Assembly (NCBI GenBank): GCA_964406665.1
Contig: CAYOSQ010000008.1
Location: 3,933 to 67,932 of the forward strand
Direction of reading: 5' to 3'
DNA from: an uncultured Planctomycetia bacterium
Lineage (GTDB): Bacteria > Omnitrophota > Gorgyraeia > VGKH01 > JBHPFN01
Length of the DNA: 64,000 nucleotides
The notes beneath the pieces are model-generated. The model was given only the letters and a program-made list of their open reading frames with translations, did no database searches and was not told where the DNA came from. A program made the position numbers and the translations under genes. Each line of letters starts with the position of its first letter. The first letter of the stretch is position 1. Shown in pieces: positions 46,347 through 54,903 of the stretch.

Positions 46347-49235
46347 TTGAACAATTGTAAAAGTATTCATCTGCAAAAAGACAAAAATAATTTATTGAAA
46401 GCAATAGTATTATTTACTATTGCTTTTTTGTGTTTTGTGCAGAGCGTTGTTTTTGCAGATGATTCATTAAAAAAAGAGTTTTATGAAAGTGGAGCAGTTA
46501 AGAGTGAGACTAGATTAGAATCTGGAAGGCCACACGGGATTGCAAAAACTTATTATGAAAATAGTTCTCTGTGGATAGAAGAGCAGTATGTCAATGGAAA
46601 GCTAAATGGTTTTGTTAAGCGATATTATATAAATGGTGCATTGTTAAGCGAGGAATCATATAAAGACAATAAGCCCGAGGGCATTGCCAATACGTATTAC
46701 AAGAATGGGAATCTTTGGACGGAAGGTAATTATGTTGACGGTGAACCAGAAGGAGTTTTCAGGATATATGATGAAAAAGGGATAGTTTTACAGGAGAAGC
46801 TTTATAGACAAGGAAAGCTATCAGAAGATATTCAAATAGATTATGCCAAGGCTGCAGCAAAACTAAAAGATGAGTTATTTGCTCTTAAGTTATCAAAAGA
46901 GAAAATTGAGGTAAAATTAAACGAGAGAATTGATTCTCTTGAAGATGAAAATGTCGATGTTCGTTCAAGGCTTGAATCTGAAGTTTCTTTACTTAGAAAG
47001 AAGGAAAAAGAGTTATCAAGTGAATTAAATTCTTTGAAGGGATCCAAAGAGTCTTTAAAAAAGCTTGAGGCAAAGTTAAATAAAAGAATAGAGTCGCTTA
47101 AAAATGAAAATACTGAAGTTCGCTCAAGGTTAGAATCTGATATTTCTTCTTTTAGAAAAAAAGAAAGAGACTTAATCGTTGAATTAAGTGTATTGAAAAA
47201 ATCTAGAGATTCTCTTCAGTCAGAGCTTAATAAAAAGATCTCTGAGCTTAAAAATTCAAAAAAACTTAGTGTTTCCGAGCTTGAGAAAAAGATAGAAAAC
47301 CTTGAAGATTCTAAAAATGCAAACGAGTCAAAACTTAAAAAGACAATTACTGACCTTAAGTACTCTAAATCAGAAATGGAGAAGAAGCTTATCGATAGAG
47401 CTGACAAGGCCAAAGATTTTGGTAAAAAAGAGATTTCGTTGTTGAAAGATCAGTCAATTGCTTTCAATAAGAGAAATGTTGAATTAAAAACTACCCTTGA
47501 GTCAAAAATCAATTCTTTAAAAAATAAAGAAAAAGAACTGAGCAAACAGTTAGCTAATTTACAGAGATCCAATGATAAATTAGTATCTGATTTAAAAAGT
47601 GAAATAGCTGCTTTAGAGAAGTCCAAGGGTCAATCTGAATCTGAGTTGAGAAGTGAAATAACTGTTTTAGAAAAATCTAAAGAACAATCTGAATCTAACC
47701 TAAAAAATAAAATAGTTACTTTGCAAGGATCAAAAGAAAAACGTGAATCTGAACTGAAAAAAGAAATAGAATCTCTGCTGCAAGATAAATACAAAAATAC
47801 TTCCATTCTCAGGAAAGATATTGAGATGTTGAAATCTGCCAGAGAAAATACCGAGAAAAGTCTTATGGAACAAGTACTCGAAGCTAAACGTGTCAATAAG
47901 CATATAATATCTGACCTTAAAGGACAGATTAGTTCTTTGAAAAATATTAACACTGAAGAAAAGACTAAGCTTGAAGGAGAAATCGCTTCTCTTGAAGAAG
48001 ATTTTAAATCTCTTGAATCTAATTTTGTTACATTGGAAAAATCGAAAAATATTGATTTAGAGAAGCTGAAAAGACAACTTGAAAATTCTCAATCTCGCCT
48101 TAAAAAAATCAACTCCCAGAAAGATAATAGTCAGAAGAATATTAAGGAGCTTAACTCGCAAATTGTTAAATTAAAACAGGAATATTCTAAAACTAAGAAT
48201 CTGCTGGAATTGCAGATTACTTCCTTAAAAGAGAATAACACCTTTTTAAAAAGTGAATTTAAGAGCTTGCAGACATCTAAGGAGAAAATCGTCGATGGTT
48301 TAGCCCAAGAACTTAATGAGCTGGAAGAATTTAGAGAAGTGGCTATAGAAGAATTGAACAGTCGCATTGCAGCTTTTGAAGATACCAAGAAAGATGTTGA
48401 GAGTAAGTATAAACAGCAAGTTTCATCTATCGAAAAATCAAAGCAACAAGCCATTTATAAGCTTGAGAGTAAATTAAAACTGTTGCAGAGTGAAAGCGCA
48501 ATAACAAAATCCCGTATGAAAACAGAGATAAATTTATTAAAAAATAAAGAAGCAATTCTCAAAAAGGAATTAGAGATTTTAAGAGGTTTTAAGGATAATA
48601 CTGAAGAGACCGCTAGTTTAACTGATTATACTTCTGCAGAGCTATTGGCTCAACAGGGTACAGCAGATGACTTAGAGAATGTTTTGGAAATATCACAGGG
48701 AAGCATTGATTTTCTCCTAGAAGATAGCCCTGGATGCAGGAAAGTAAATGGCGTTTGCTCTACCTATTATGAAGATGGTCCGCTCTGGATAGAAGAACCT
48801 TACAAAAATGGAAAGAAAAACGGTATAGTAAAAAGATATTACAAGAGCGGCTCTATCCTTAGCAAAGCAGAATTTAAGAATGATGAATTAAACGGAAAGC
48901 TTAAAACATTCTATGAAGATGGAACTCTTTGGAGTGAGGGTCATTTTAAAGATGGTCAACCAGATGGAGCTTTCAAAGGTTATTATGAAAACGGTATATT
49001 GCAGAGTGAGTGGAGAGTAAGCAAAGGTTTGTTAAGTGGAGTAACGAAAACTTATTACGTAAATGGAAAGTTACGCAGCGAAGGAACTTTTCTTAATGGA
49101 GCACAACAAGGTATTTTTCAGGGTTTTTATAAAAATAAACGCCTGATGTATAAAGATACATATAAAAACGGAACGCTTGTCAAGCAGATATACTTTGACA
49201 ATAAGGGCAAGGTTATTTTCGACCGCGAGTACTAA
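46347..49235 (+). CDS. large exported MORN-repeat / long coiled-coil / MORN-repeat protein
   Basis: Signal peptide ending VVFA; YYxNG/GKLNG repeats at both ends; about 580 aa of K/E/S/L heptad-like sequence between them. Start uncertain (46293, 46332 or 46347). Confidence 0.85.
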   Translation: MNNCKSIHLQKDKNNLLKAIVLFTIAFLCFVQSVVFADDSLKKEFYESGAVKSETRLESGRPHGIAKTYYENSSLWIEEQYVNGKLNGFVKRYYINGALLSEESYKDNKPEGIANTYYKNGNLWTEGNYVDGEPEGVFRIYDEKGIVLQEKLYRQGKLSEDIQIDYAKAAAKLKDELFALKLSKEKIEVKLNERIDSLEDENVDVRSRLESEVSLLRKKEKELSSELNSLKGSKESLKKLEAKLNKRIESLKNENTEVRSRLESDISSFRKKERDLIVELSVLKKSRDSLQSELNKKISELKNSKKLSVSELEKKIENLEDSKNANESKLKKTITDLKYSKSEMEKKLIDRADKAKDFGKKEISLLKDQSIAFNKRNVELKTTLESKINSLKNKEKELSKQLANLQRSNDKLVSDLKSEIAALEKSKGQSESELRSEITVLEKSKEQSESNLKNKIVTLQGSKEKRESELKKEIESLLQDKYKNTSILRKDIEMLKSARENTEKSLMEQVLEAKRVNKHIISDLKGQISSLKNINTEEKTKLEGEIASLEEDFKSLESNFVTLEKSKNIDLEKLKRQLENSQSRLKKINSQKDNSQKNIKELNSQIVKLKQEYSKTKNLLELQITSLKENNTFLKSEFKSLQTSKEKIVDGLAQELNELEEFREVAIEELNSRIAAFEDTKKDVESKYKQQVSSIEKSKQQAIYKLESKLKLLQSESAITKSRMKTEINLLKNKEAILKKELEILRGFKDNTEETASLTDYTSAELLAQQGTADDLENVLEISQGSIDFLLEDSPGCRKVNGVCSTYYEDGPLWIEEPYKNGKKNGIVKRYYKSGSILSKAEFKNDELNGKLKTFYEDGTLWSEGHFKDGQPDGAFKGYYENGILQSEWRVSKGLLSGVTKTYYVNGKLRSEGTFLNGAQQGIFQGFYKNKRLMYKDTYKNGTLVKQIYFDNKGKVIFDREY

Positions 49236-49267
49236 ACTCACAACTTTTCTTTTACGTCTATCCAGAC

Positions 49268-49375
49268 ATGATGACAACAGAGCACTTTAATATTTTTTTG
49301 ATAGTTGCAGCTTCTATATCTTTAATAGTTTTATTGATATATTTCTTGAAAGTGCAGAAATTCCTAAAAAAGTAA
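49268..49375 (+). CDS. unannotated 35-aa single-pass membrane peptide
   Basis: MMTTEHFNIFLIVAASISLIVLLIYFLKVQKFLKK*; fills the intergenic gap; weak RBS. Confidence 0.45.
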   Translation: MMTTEHFNIFLIVAASISLIVLLIYFLKVQKFLKK

Positions 49376-49406
49376 GTCATCTGAACATTTGAACCCAAAA
49401 AATAGA

Positions 49407-50153
49407 ATGAAGAAAACTTTAGTCTTATTTTTGTTTATTTTAGGCATTTTAGTTTCATTGTATTATTTTGTAAATTTTAAAGAGTCTAAGGTTAAAAGCA
49501 ATCCCGATTTAAATAAAGTAACCCCGGGGATATCTAAAGACATGCTTTTTGCTCTTTATGGTAAAGAAGATGAAAGGACATACCGTATAGAAGGTAGTAA
49601 TGAATGGATTACTTTTAACCGAAGAAAAAGAGGGATTATAGGCGGGGCGGTAACCTTTTATCTGAAAAATAACAAAGTTGTTGAGTGGAAATTAGACGAT
49701 AGAGAAGAAATAATCAAAGAATACCTGGGAGAATTTTGCTCCAAAACCATAGTTGTAAACTTTCCTAAAATGTATTCTGCAATAAAATATGTTTTAGGGA
49801 AAATTCCATTAAAAGATTTTCTTTATTTAACCGAAAGAAATTATCCTGTACTGTTTACAGAATATTATTATCAAGATATGCCTAGGTTTGCAAATTCTTC
49901 AGAAATTATTATCTTAGAGGATGATCCGCCAACGTTTACAGAGGGTTTATATTTTGTTAAATTGAGCGCTGAACTTGAGGTTTCTGGTTCAGTGAATGAT
50001 ATCGTGGGAGTAGTTGCGCATGAACTTGCTCATAGAATGCTGGGGCACAGCTCTAGTAAATATACTGAGTTGATGGAAGAGGAGGCTAATAATCTTGTAA
50101 GGAATTGGGGTTTTGAAGAAGAATTAGTTGGTGCTAAAGAACACTATCAATGA
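49407..50153 (+). CDS. membrane-anchored HEXXH zinc-metallopeptidase-like protein
   Basis: N-terminal TM; VVAHELAHRMLGH followed by EEEAN. Confidence 0.7.
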   Translation: MKKTLVLFLFILGILVSLYYFVNFKESKVKSNPDLNKVTPGISKDMLFALYGKEDERTYRIEGSNEWITFNRRKRGIIGGAVTFYLKNNKVVEWKLDDREEIIKEYLGEFCSKTIVVNFPKMYSAIKYVLGKIPLKDFLYLTERNYPVLFTEYYYQDMPRFANSSEIIILEDDPPTFTEGLYFVKLSAELEVSGSVNDIVGVVAHELAHRMLGHSSSKYTELMEEEANNLVRNWGFEEELVGAKEHYQ

Positions 50154-50187
50154 TTTTTTATAATCATTATAAAATGGAGCAGCAGTG

Positions 50188-50571
50188 ATGGATAAAGAAT
50201 TAGTAGTAGTTGGAGATAGAGTTTTAATTACGCCTGATGAAGAGCAGAATCGTACTGACACGGGATTATATTTACCGGTAGGAGTTCGAGAAAAGGAAAG
50301 AGTTCAAAGCGGTATAATAGTTAAAATTGGTCCAGGGTATCCTGTACCTGATCCTTCTTCTTTAGGTGATGAGCCATGGCAGAATTATCAAAAAGAAAAC
50401 AAATATTTTCCTTTGCAGGCAAAAGAGGGAGATTATTGTATTTTTTTAAGGAATGACGGCATAGAAATAGAATACAATAAAAAGAAATATATAGTCGTGC
50501 CGAATTCAGCCATAATGGTTCTTTTGAGAAATAAGAAAGAAACTAAGCCTCCAGACAATGATATTTTATAA
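50188..50571 (+). CDS. groES: orphan co-chaperonin GroES-family protein
   Basis: GDRVLI, TDTGLYLP, GIIVKIGPG, EGD; no groEL adjacent. Confidence 0.85.
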   Translation: MDKELVVVGDRVLITPDEEQNRTDTGLYLPVGVREKERVQSGIIVKIGPGYPVPDPSSLGDEPWQNYQKENKYFPLQAKEGDYCIFLRNDGIEIEYNKKKYIVVPNSAIMVLLRNKKETKPPDNDIL

Positions 50572-50629
50572 TTCCTGCCTTTTTAAAATTAATATTCTTT
50601 AGATTTAATCTGAAAATTTTAGGATAACA

Positions 50630-51436
50630 ATGAAAATTAGCCGTATAGACAGTATTGAAGATAAAAGAATTAGTATTTTTCGTTCCCTCAAAGGAAAGGA
50701 TTATATAAAAAAAGGTGTTTTTATAGGTGAAGGAGAGAAGGTAGTCGGATACTTATTAAGAAGCAAATTAGACCTGATTTCTGTTTTGATAACCGAAAAA
50801 TGGTTAGAAAAAATAAACTCAAAATTTAAAGGAGCAAAAAAGTCTAAAATTAAAGTTTATCTTTTGGATAAAAAAGAGATGGAAAAAGTTGTCGGGTTTA
50901 AGTTGCATCAGGGCATCATGGCAGCCGCAAAAATCCCTAAGCAAATCACAATCAATAAGGCTTTAAAACTTTATTCTAAGCCTTGTTTATTCGTTGCCTT
51001 TGATGCTATCCACGATGTAGAAAATATTGGTTTGATCGTCCGTAACTGCGTTGCTTTCGGTGTAGGTGCGTTAATCATTGACAAAAGATCGAGTAATCCT
51101 TATTTACGTAGAGCTGTTAGAGTATCCATGGGAGCGGTATTTAGTTTACCTATTATTATGGTTGAAAATGTTGCTGCAACATTAAGAATGCTGAAGAAAC
51201 AACTCGGTTTTTCAGTTATCGCAGCTTCTTCTAAGGGGAGGTCTGTTGGTTTAGATAAACTGAACGTTTCTCACAATAAATGCTTGGTGCTAGGAAATGA
51301 GGCTTATGGTCTCTCTAGGGATATTTTAAGATTGGCAGATAATATTATTAAAATCAAAGTTAATTTTGAATCTTTAAATGTTGCAAGCGCTTCGGCCATA
51401 ATGCTTCACCATTTGGCAGAATTGAGGCATCGCTAA
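50630..51436 (+). CDS. TrmH/SpoU-family RNA 2'-O-methyltransferase
   Basis: ENIGLIVR, RVSMG, LGNEAYGLS, ESLNVASA. Confidence 0.92.
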   Translation: MKISRIDSIEDKRISIFRSLKGKDYIKKGVFIGEGEKVVGYLLRSKLDLISVLITEKWLEKINSKFKGAKKSKIKVYLLDKKEMEKVVGFKLHQGIMAAAKIPKQITINKALKLYSKPCLFVAFDAIHDVENIGLIVRNCVAFGVGALIIDKRSSNPYLRRAVRVSMGAVFSLPIIMVENVAATLRMLKKQLGFSVIAASSKGRSVGLDKLNVSHNKCLVLGNEAYGLSRDILRLADNIIKIKVNFESLNVASASAIMLHHLAELRHR

Positions 51437-51455
51437 TGGTTTATCATGTTCCATG

Positions 51456-51483
51456 TTGAATTATTCCTCAGTGTTGTTATAAT
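51456..51483 (+). promoter_or_regulatory. sigma70-type promoter
   Basis: TTGAAT-N16-TATAAT with extended TG. Confidence 0.5.
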
Positions 51484-51535
51484 ATTAACCATTGAATTAT
51501 ATCTTATAGTATAGTTTTTTTTATTGGGTGATTAT

Positions 51536-53218
51536 ATGTTTGAAGAGATAATAGCTAAAATATCTGTTTTTCATCTGAATGTATTATTCCTTTTGGGCCT
51601 TGCCCTTTTTGGTGGCACCATAGGAGGACGTTTGTTCCAGAAGCTGAAGATTCCTCAAGTGGTCGGCTATATCGCTATAGGGATTGCACTTGGGCAATCT
51701 GGCATTAATATAGTTAACCACGAAATGATTGAAACCTTGTTACCGTTTAACTATTTTGCACTTGGACTTATTGGTTTCATGATAGGTGGTGAGCTTAAAA
51801 GAGAGATTTTTGCAAAATATGGTAAACAGTTTCTTTATATTTTGTTATCTGAAGGCATAACTGCTTTTATCGTTGTTGCAGCTTTAATTGGAAGCGTAGG
51901 AAGTTTGTTTTTTGATGCAAAAATCGCATGGTCGCTAGGTTTGCTGCTTGGCGCTATTGCTTCAGCCACTGCTCCGGCTGCCACTACAGAGGTGCTTAGG
52001 GAATATAAAACACGCGGTCCGCTGACTACAACGGTGTTTGGTATTATTGCTTTAGATGATGGTTTAGCACTTGTGCTTTTTGCTATTGCTGCTAGCATTG
52101 CTGGTAATTTAAGCGGCCTTGTTGAAAGCAGCGCCTTGAAAACATTTATTCATCCTTTGTATGAAATTGGTGTTGCAATAATAGTAGGTATTTGTTCGGG
52201 ATTTATACTTAATAAAATGCTTCGAAAGTATCCCGAGGCCAGCAGAATTCTTGCTTTTACTATCGGTGCGGTATTGCTTGTTGTCGGTTTATCTTTGGTT
52301 ATTCATGTAGATATGTTGATTGCCGCTATGACGCTAGGGTTAGTTGTAGGTAATTTTATACCTAGAAAAAGTAAAGAAGTTTTTGAATTAGTCGGAAGTT
52401 TTACACCGCCGATTTATGTATTATTTTTTGTCTTAGTTGGAGCAAAATTAGATATTAGCCATATGACTTTACCGATTATTATACTTCTTGGAATTTATCT
52501 TTTAGGAAGAAGTGCAGGTAAATTTATCGGGTCTAACTTTGGTGCGCACTTAGCAAAAGCACCTGCAACAGTGAGGAAATATCTGCCTCTTTGTCTTTTT
52601 AGTCAGGCTGGGGTTGCGATCGGTTTATCTATTTTAGCTAGTCATTATTTTTCGGGAGAATTAGGTAATTCGATAGTAATTATAATTACTGCCTCTACTT
52701 TCGTGCTTGAAATTATTGGTCCTCCATTAGTTAAGGTTGCCGTTGTAAAGGCAGGGGAAGCCGGACTAAATATTACTGAAGAGGATTTAATACAAACCAG
52801 TAATGCAAAAGATATAATGGAAGCAAATTTTCCTTTTATCGTCAAGAATGTTTCATTGGGTGAAATTATCAAGATTTTCAGCGAAAGCAATAATCTTTAT
52901 TACCCAGTGGTAGATAGCGAAAAAAAACTATTGGGGATTATTACTGTGGATAATATTAAAAATACTTTTATGGAAACAAGCCTAAACCATTTTTTGCTTG
53001 CCGATGATCTTATGGAGCCGGTTGTAAAAACGGCATCACCGGAAACAACAGTTGCCGAAATAATAAAGTTACTGAAAATTTATCATCTTGAATGTATCCC
53101 AGTAGTCTTGGATGATAATAGGTTAATAGGATTGATTGAGAGAAGGAGGCTTGACAGGGTAATTTCTACTAAGATGATGGAACTACAGAGGCAGGCTGAT
53201 TTTCTTGAAGGTGAATAA
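51536..53218 (+). CDS. cation:proton antiporter (CPA2-like) with a C-terminal CBS pair
   Basis: About 12 TM helices, ATAPA, ALDD, FFVLVG, QAGVAIG; CBS motifs YPVVD, IPVV. Confidence 0.9.
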   Translation: MFEEIIAKISVFHLNVLFLLGLALFGGTIGGRLFQKLKIPQVVGYIAIGIALGQSGINIVNHEMIETLLPFNYFALGLIGFMIGGELKREIFAKYGKQFLYILLSEGITAFIVVAALIGSVGSLFFDAKIAWSLGLLLGAIASATAPAATTEVLREYKTRGPLTTTVFGIIALDDGLALVLFAIAASIAGNLSGLVESSALKTFIHPLYEIGVAIIVGICSGFILNKMLRKYPEASRILAFTIGAVLLVVGLSLVIHVDMLIAAMTLGLVVGNFIPRKSKEVFELVGSFTPPIYVLFFVLVGAKLDISHMTLPIIILLGIYLLGRSAGKFIGSNFGAHLAKAPATVRKYLPLCLFSQAGVAIGLSILASHYFSGELGNSIVIIITASTFVLEIIGPPLVKVAVVKAGEAGLNITEEDLIQTSNAKDIMEANFPFIVKNVSLGEIIKIFSESNNLYYPVVDSEKKLLGIITVDNIKNTFMETSLNHFLLADDLMEPVVKTASPETTVAEIIKLLKIYHLECIPVVLDDNRLIGLIERRRLDRVISTKMMELQRQADFLEGE

Positions 53219-53284
53219 TTTTCTTTAAACCTTAATAAAAAGAATGTATAATAAATTAATATTAAAAATTAAGGAGTCGGTTAT

Positions 53285-53707
53285 ATGCTAAAAGCTTCTC
53301 TTGAAGATATAATGTCAGAAGATGTAGTTACAATTAAGGACAATGCTACTGTTGGACAGGCTGCTCATATACTTCTTAGATTTAGGATAAATGGAATACT
53401 TATAGTTGACCAGAGTGACAAAAATAGTGTCAAAGGAGTTCTCACCACAACAGATCTTCTGAGATTGCTTGATAATGCTATGTCAGAGCAGAAGAAAAGG
53501 AAAGAGGCAATTGAAAATGTATCAAAGCGTCTAGCTGTTGAAGTTGCGAATAAAGATGTTGTAAATCTGCAGAAAGATATTAAGATCGAAAGAGCTATTG
53601 CTCTTATGCATAGAAGAAATATCCACACCATTCCTGTATATGAAGGCGAACGCCTTGTCGGCATAGTTGGAAGGCATGATATCTTAAACCTCGCCTTCAG
53701 CTACTAA
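53285..53707 (+). CDS. stand-alone CBS-pair protein
   Basis: DIMSEDVVT, GVLTTTDL, IHTIPV, GIVGRHDI. Confidence 0.9.
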   Translation: MLKASLEDIMSEDVVTIKDNATVGQAAHILLRFRINGILIVDQSDKNSVKGVLTTTDLLRLLDNAMSEQKKRKEAIENVSKRLAVEVANKDVVNLQKDIKIERAIALMHRRNIHTIPVYEGERLVGIVGRHDILNLAFSY

Positions 53708-53790
53708 TTGTTTAATTCTTTAATTATAGTTATTTTAGGTTCAAATGGTCTTAATTCAATTCTGAATTATAGTTATATTCAAATATAATA

Positions 53791-53855
53791 TTGACATAAA
53801 CACTTAATTGAAGTAATATGAATAATAAGAATAATGAGAAAAATGCGAACTAGGA
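53791..53855 (+). promoter_or_regulatory. sigma70-type promoter followed by 9-bp-period direct repeats
   Basis: TTGACA(53791-53796)-N17-TAATAT(53814-53819); gaataataa/gaataatga/gaaaaatgc/gaactagga at 53820, 53829, 53838 and 53847. Confidence 0.6.
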
Positions 53856-53885
53856 TTTTCCGCATAAAGAAAGGAGAGTAACAGC

Positions 53886-54254
53886 ATGAAGAAGATTTTA
53901 ATTATTGATGATGATACCAATATGCGTAATGCTGTAAATCGTATTCTAGGCCTTGAAAAAAAATATGAAGTTCATGAAGCAATCGATGGTGTTGATGGCG
54001 AGAAAAAGATAGGAGAGCTTAAGCCGGATCTCGTTATTCTTGATATAAAAATGCCGGGAAAAGATGGATATGAGGTTTGTTTGGATATTAGAAAAAACCC
54101 TATTTTAAAAGACGTTAAAATCGTTGCAATTACAGGATATTCAGGGAAGATTGGAGAAGGTATCATGGAAGCATTGGGTGCCGATGCTTTTTTTGAAAAG
54201 CCCTTTGATAACGATAAATTAAAAGCAGAAATAGCAAGACTTCTTGAAGATTAA
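53886..54254 (+). CDS. single-domain response regulator
   Basis: IIDDD, LDIKMPG, ITG, KPF. Confidence 0.93.
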   Translation: MKKILIIDDDTNMRNAVNRILGLEKKYEVHEAIDGVDGEKKIGELKPDLVILDIKMPGKDGYEVCLDIRKNPILKDVKIVAITGYSGKIGEGIMEALGADAFFEKPFDNDKLKAEIARLLED

Positions 54255-54832
54255 TGCTTAAACAAGATAGACCGCTAACCACTGGTGAAATAGCCAAGTA
54301 CTGCCACGTTACCTACCGCTGTATTCTCAAATGGATTGAGGCCGACAAACTGAAAACATTCCGTACTCCAGGTGGTCATAATCGCATCCACCTACGAGAT
54401 TTCCTTAATTTCCTTAAGGCCTACAATATGCCCGTTCCATTAGAGTTCGAAAAGAAGCTTAATAAAAGAAAGATTCTTATTGTCGATGATGACAAGAATA
54501 TGGTTAATTCTATAAAAAGGATTCTTAGAACGCAAAATGGTTCTTTTGATATTGAAGTAGCTTATGATGGATTTGATGTTGGAAGAAAAGTTGCGGAATT
54601 TAAACCTGACTTGGTTATTTTAGATATTAGGATGCCAGGGATGGATGGTTATGAGGTGATAAGGAGAATAAAAGAAATGCCCGGAGGCAAACATACAAAA
54701 ATTATCGCGATATCTGCTTATTTTAAAGAAGACGGAAAGAAAAATGTTGCCTCTCCTGTTGTAGAGGCTTGTTTGGATAAGCCGTTTGATAATGAGGAAT
54801 TGTTGAATAAAGTAAAAGGACTTATCTCTTAA
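54254..54832 (+). CDS. excisionase/MerR-like HTH + receiver-domain regulator
   Basis: LTTGEIAKYCHV...W...RTPGGHNRI; VDDD, LDIRMPG, KPF. Confidence 0.92.
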   Translation: MLKQDRPLTTGEIAKYCHVTYRCILKWIEADKLKTFRTPGGHNRIHLRDFLNFLKAYNMPVPLEFEKKLNKRKILIVDDDKNMVNSIKRILRTQNGSFDIEVAYDGFDVGRKVAEFKPDLVILDIRMPGMDGYEVIRRIKEMPGGKHTKIIAISAYFKEDGKKNVASPVVEACLDKPFDNEELLNKVKGLIS

Positions 54833-54903
54833 AATAGTGATTTTCTATGATTTAAGAAAGTTTAAAATTCTTTAGCATGTTTTTTTGATGGAAGGAATTT
54901 ATT

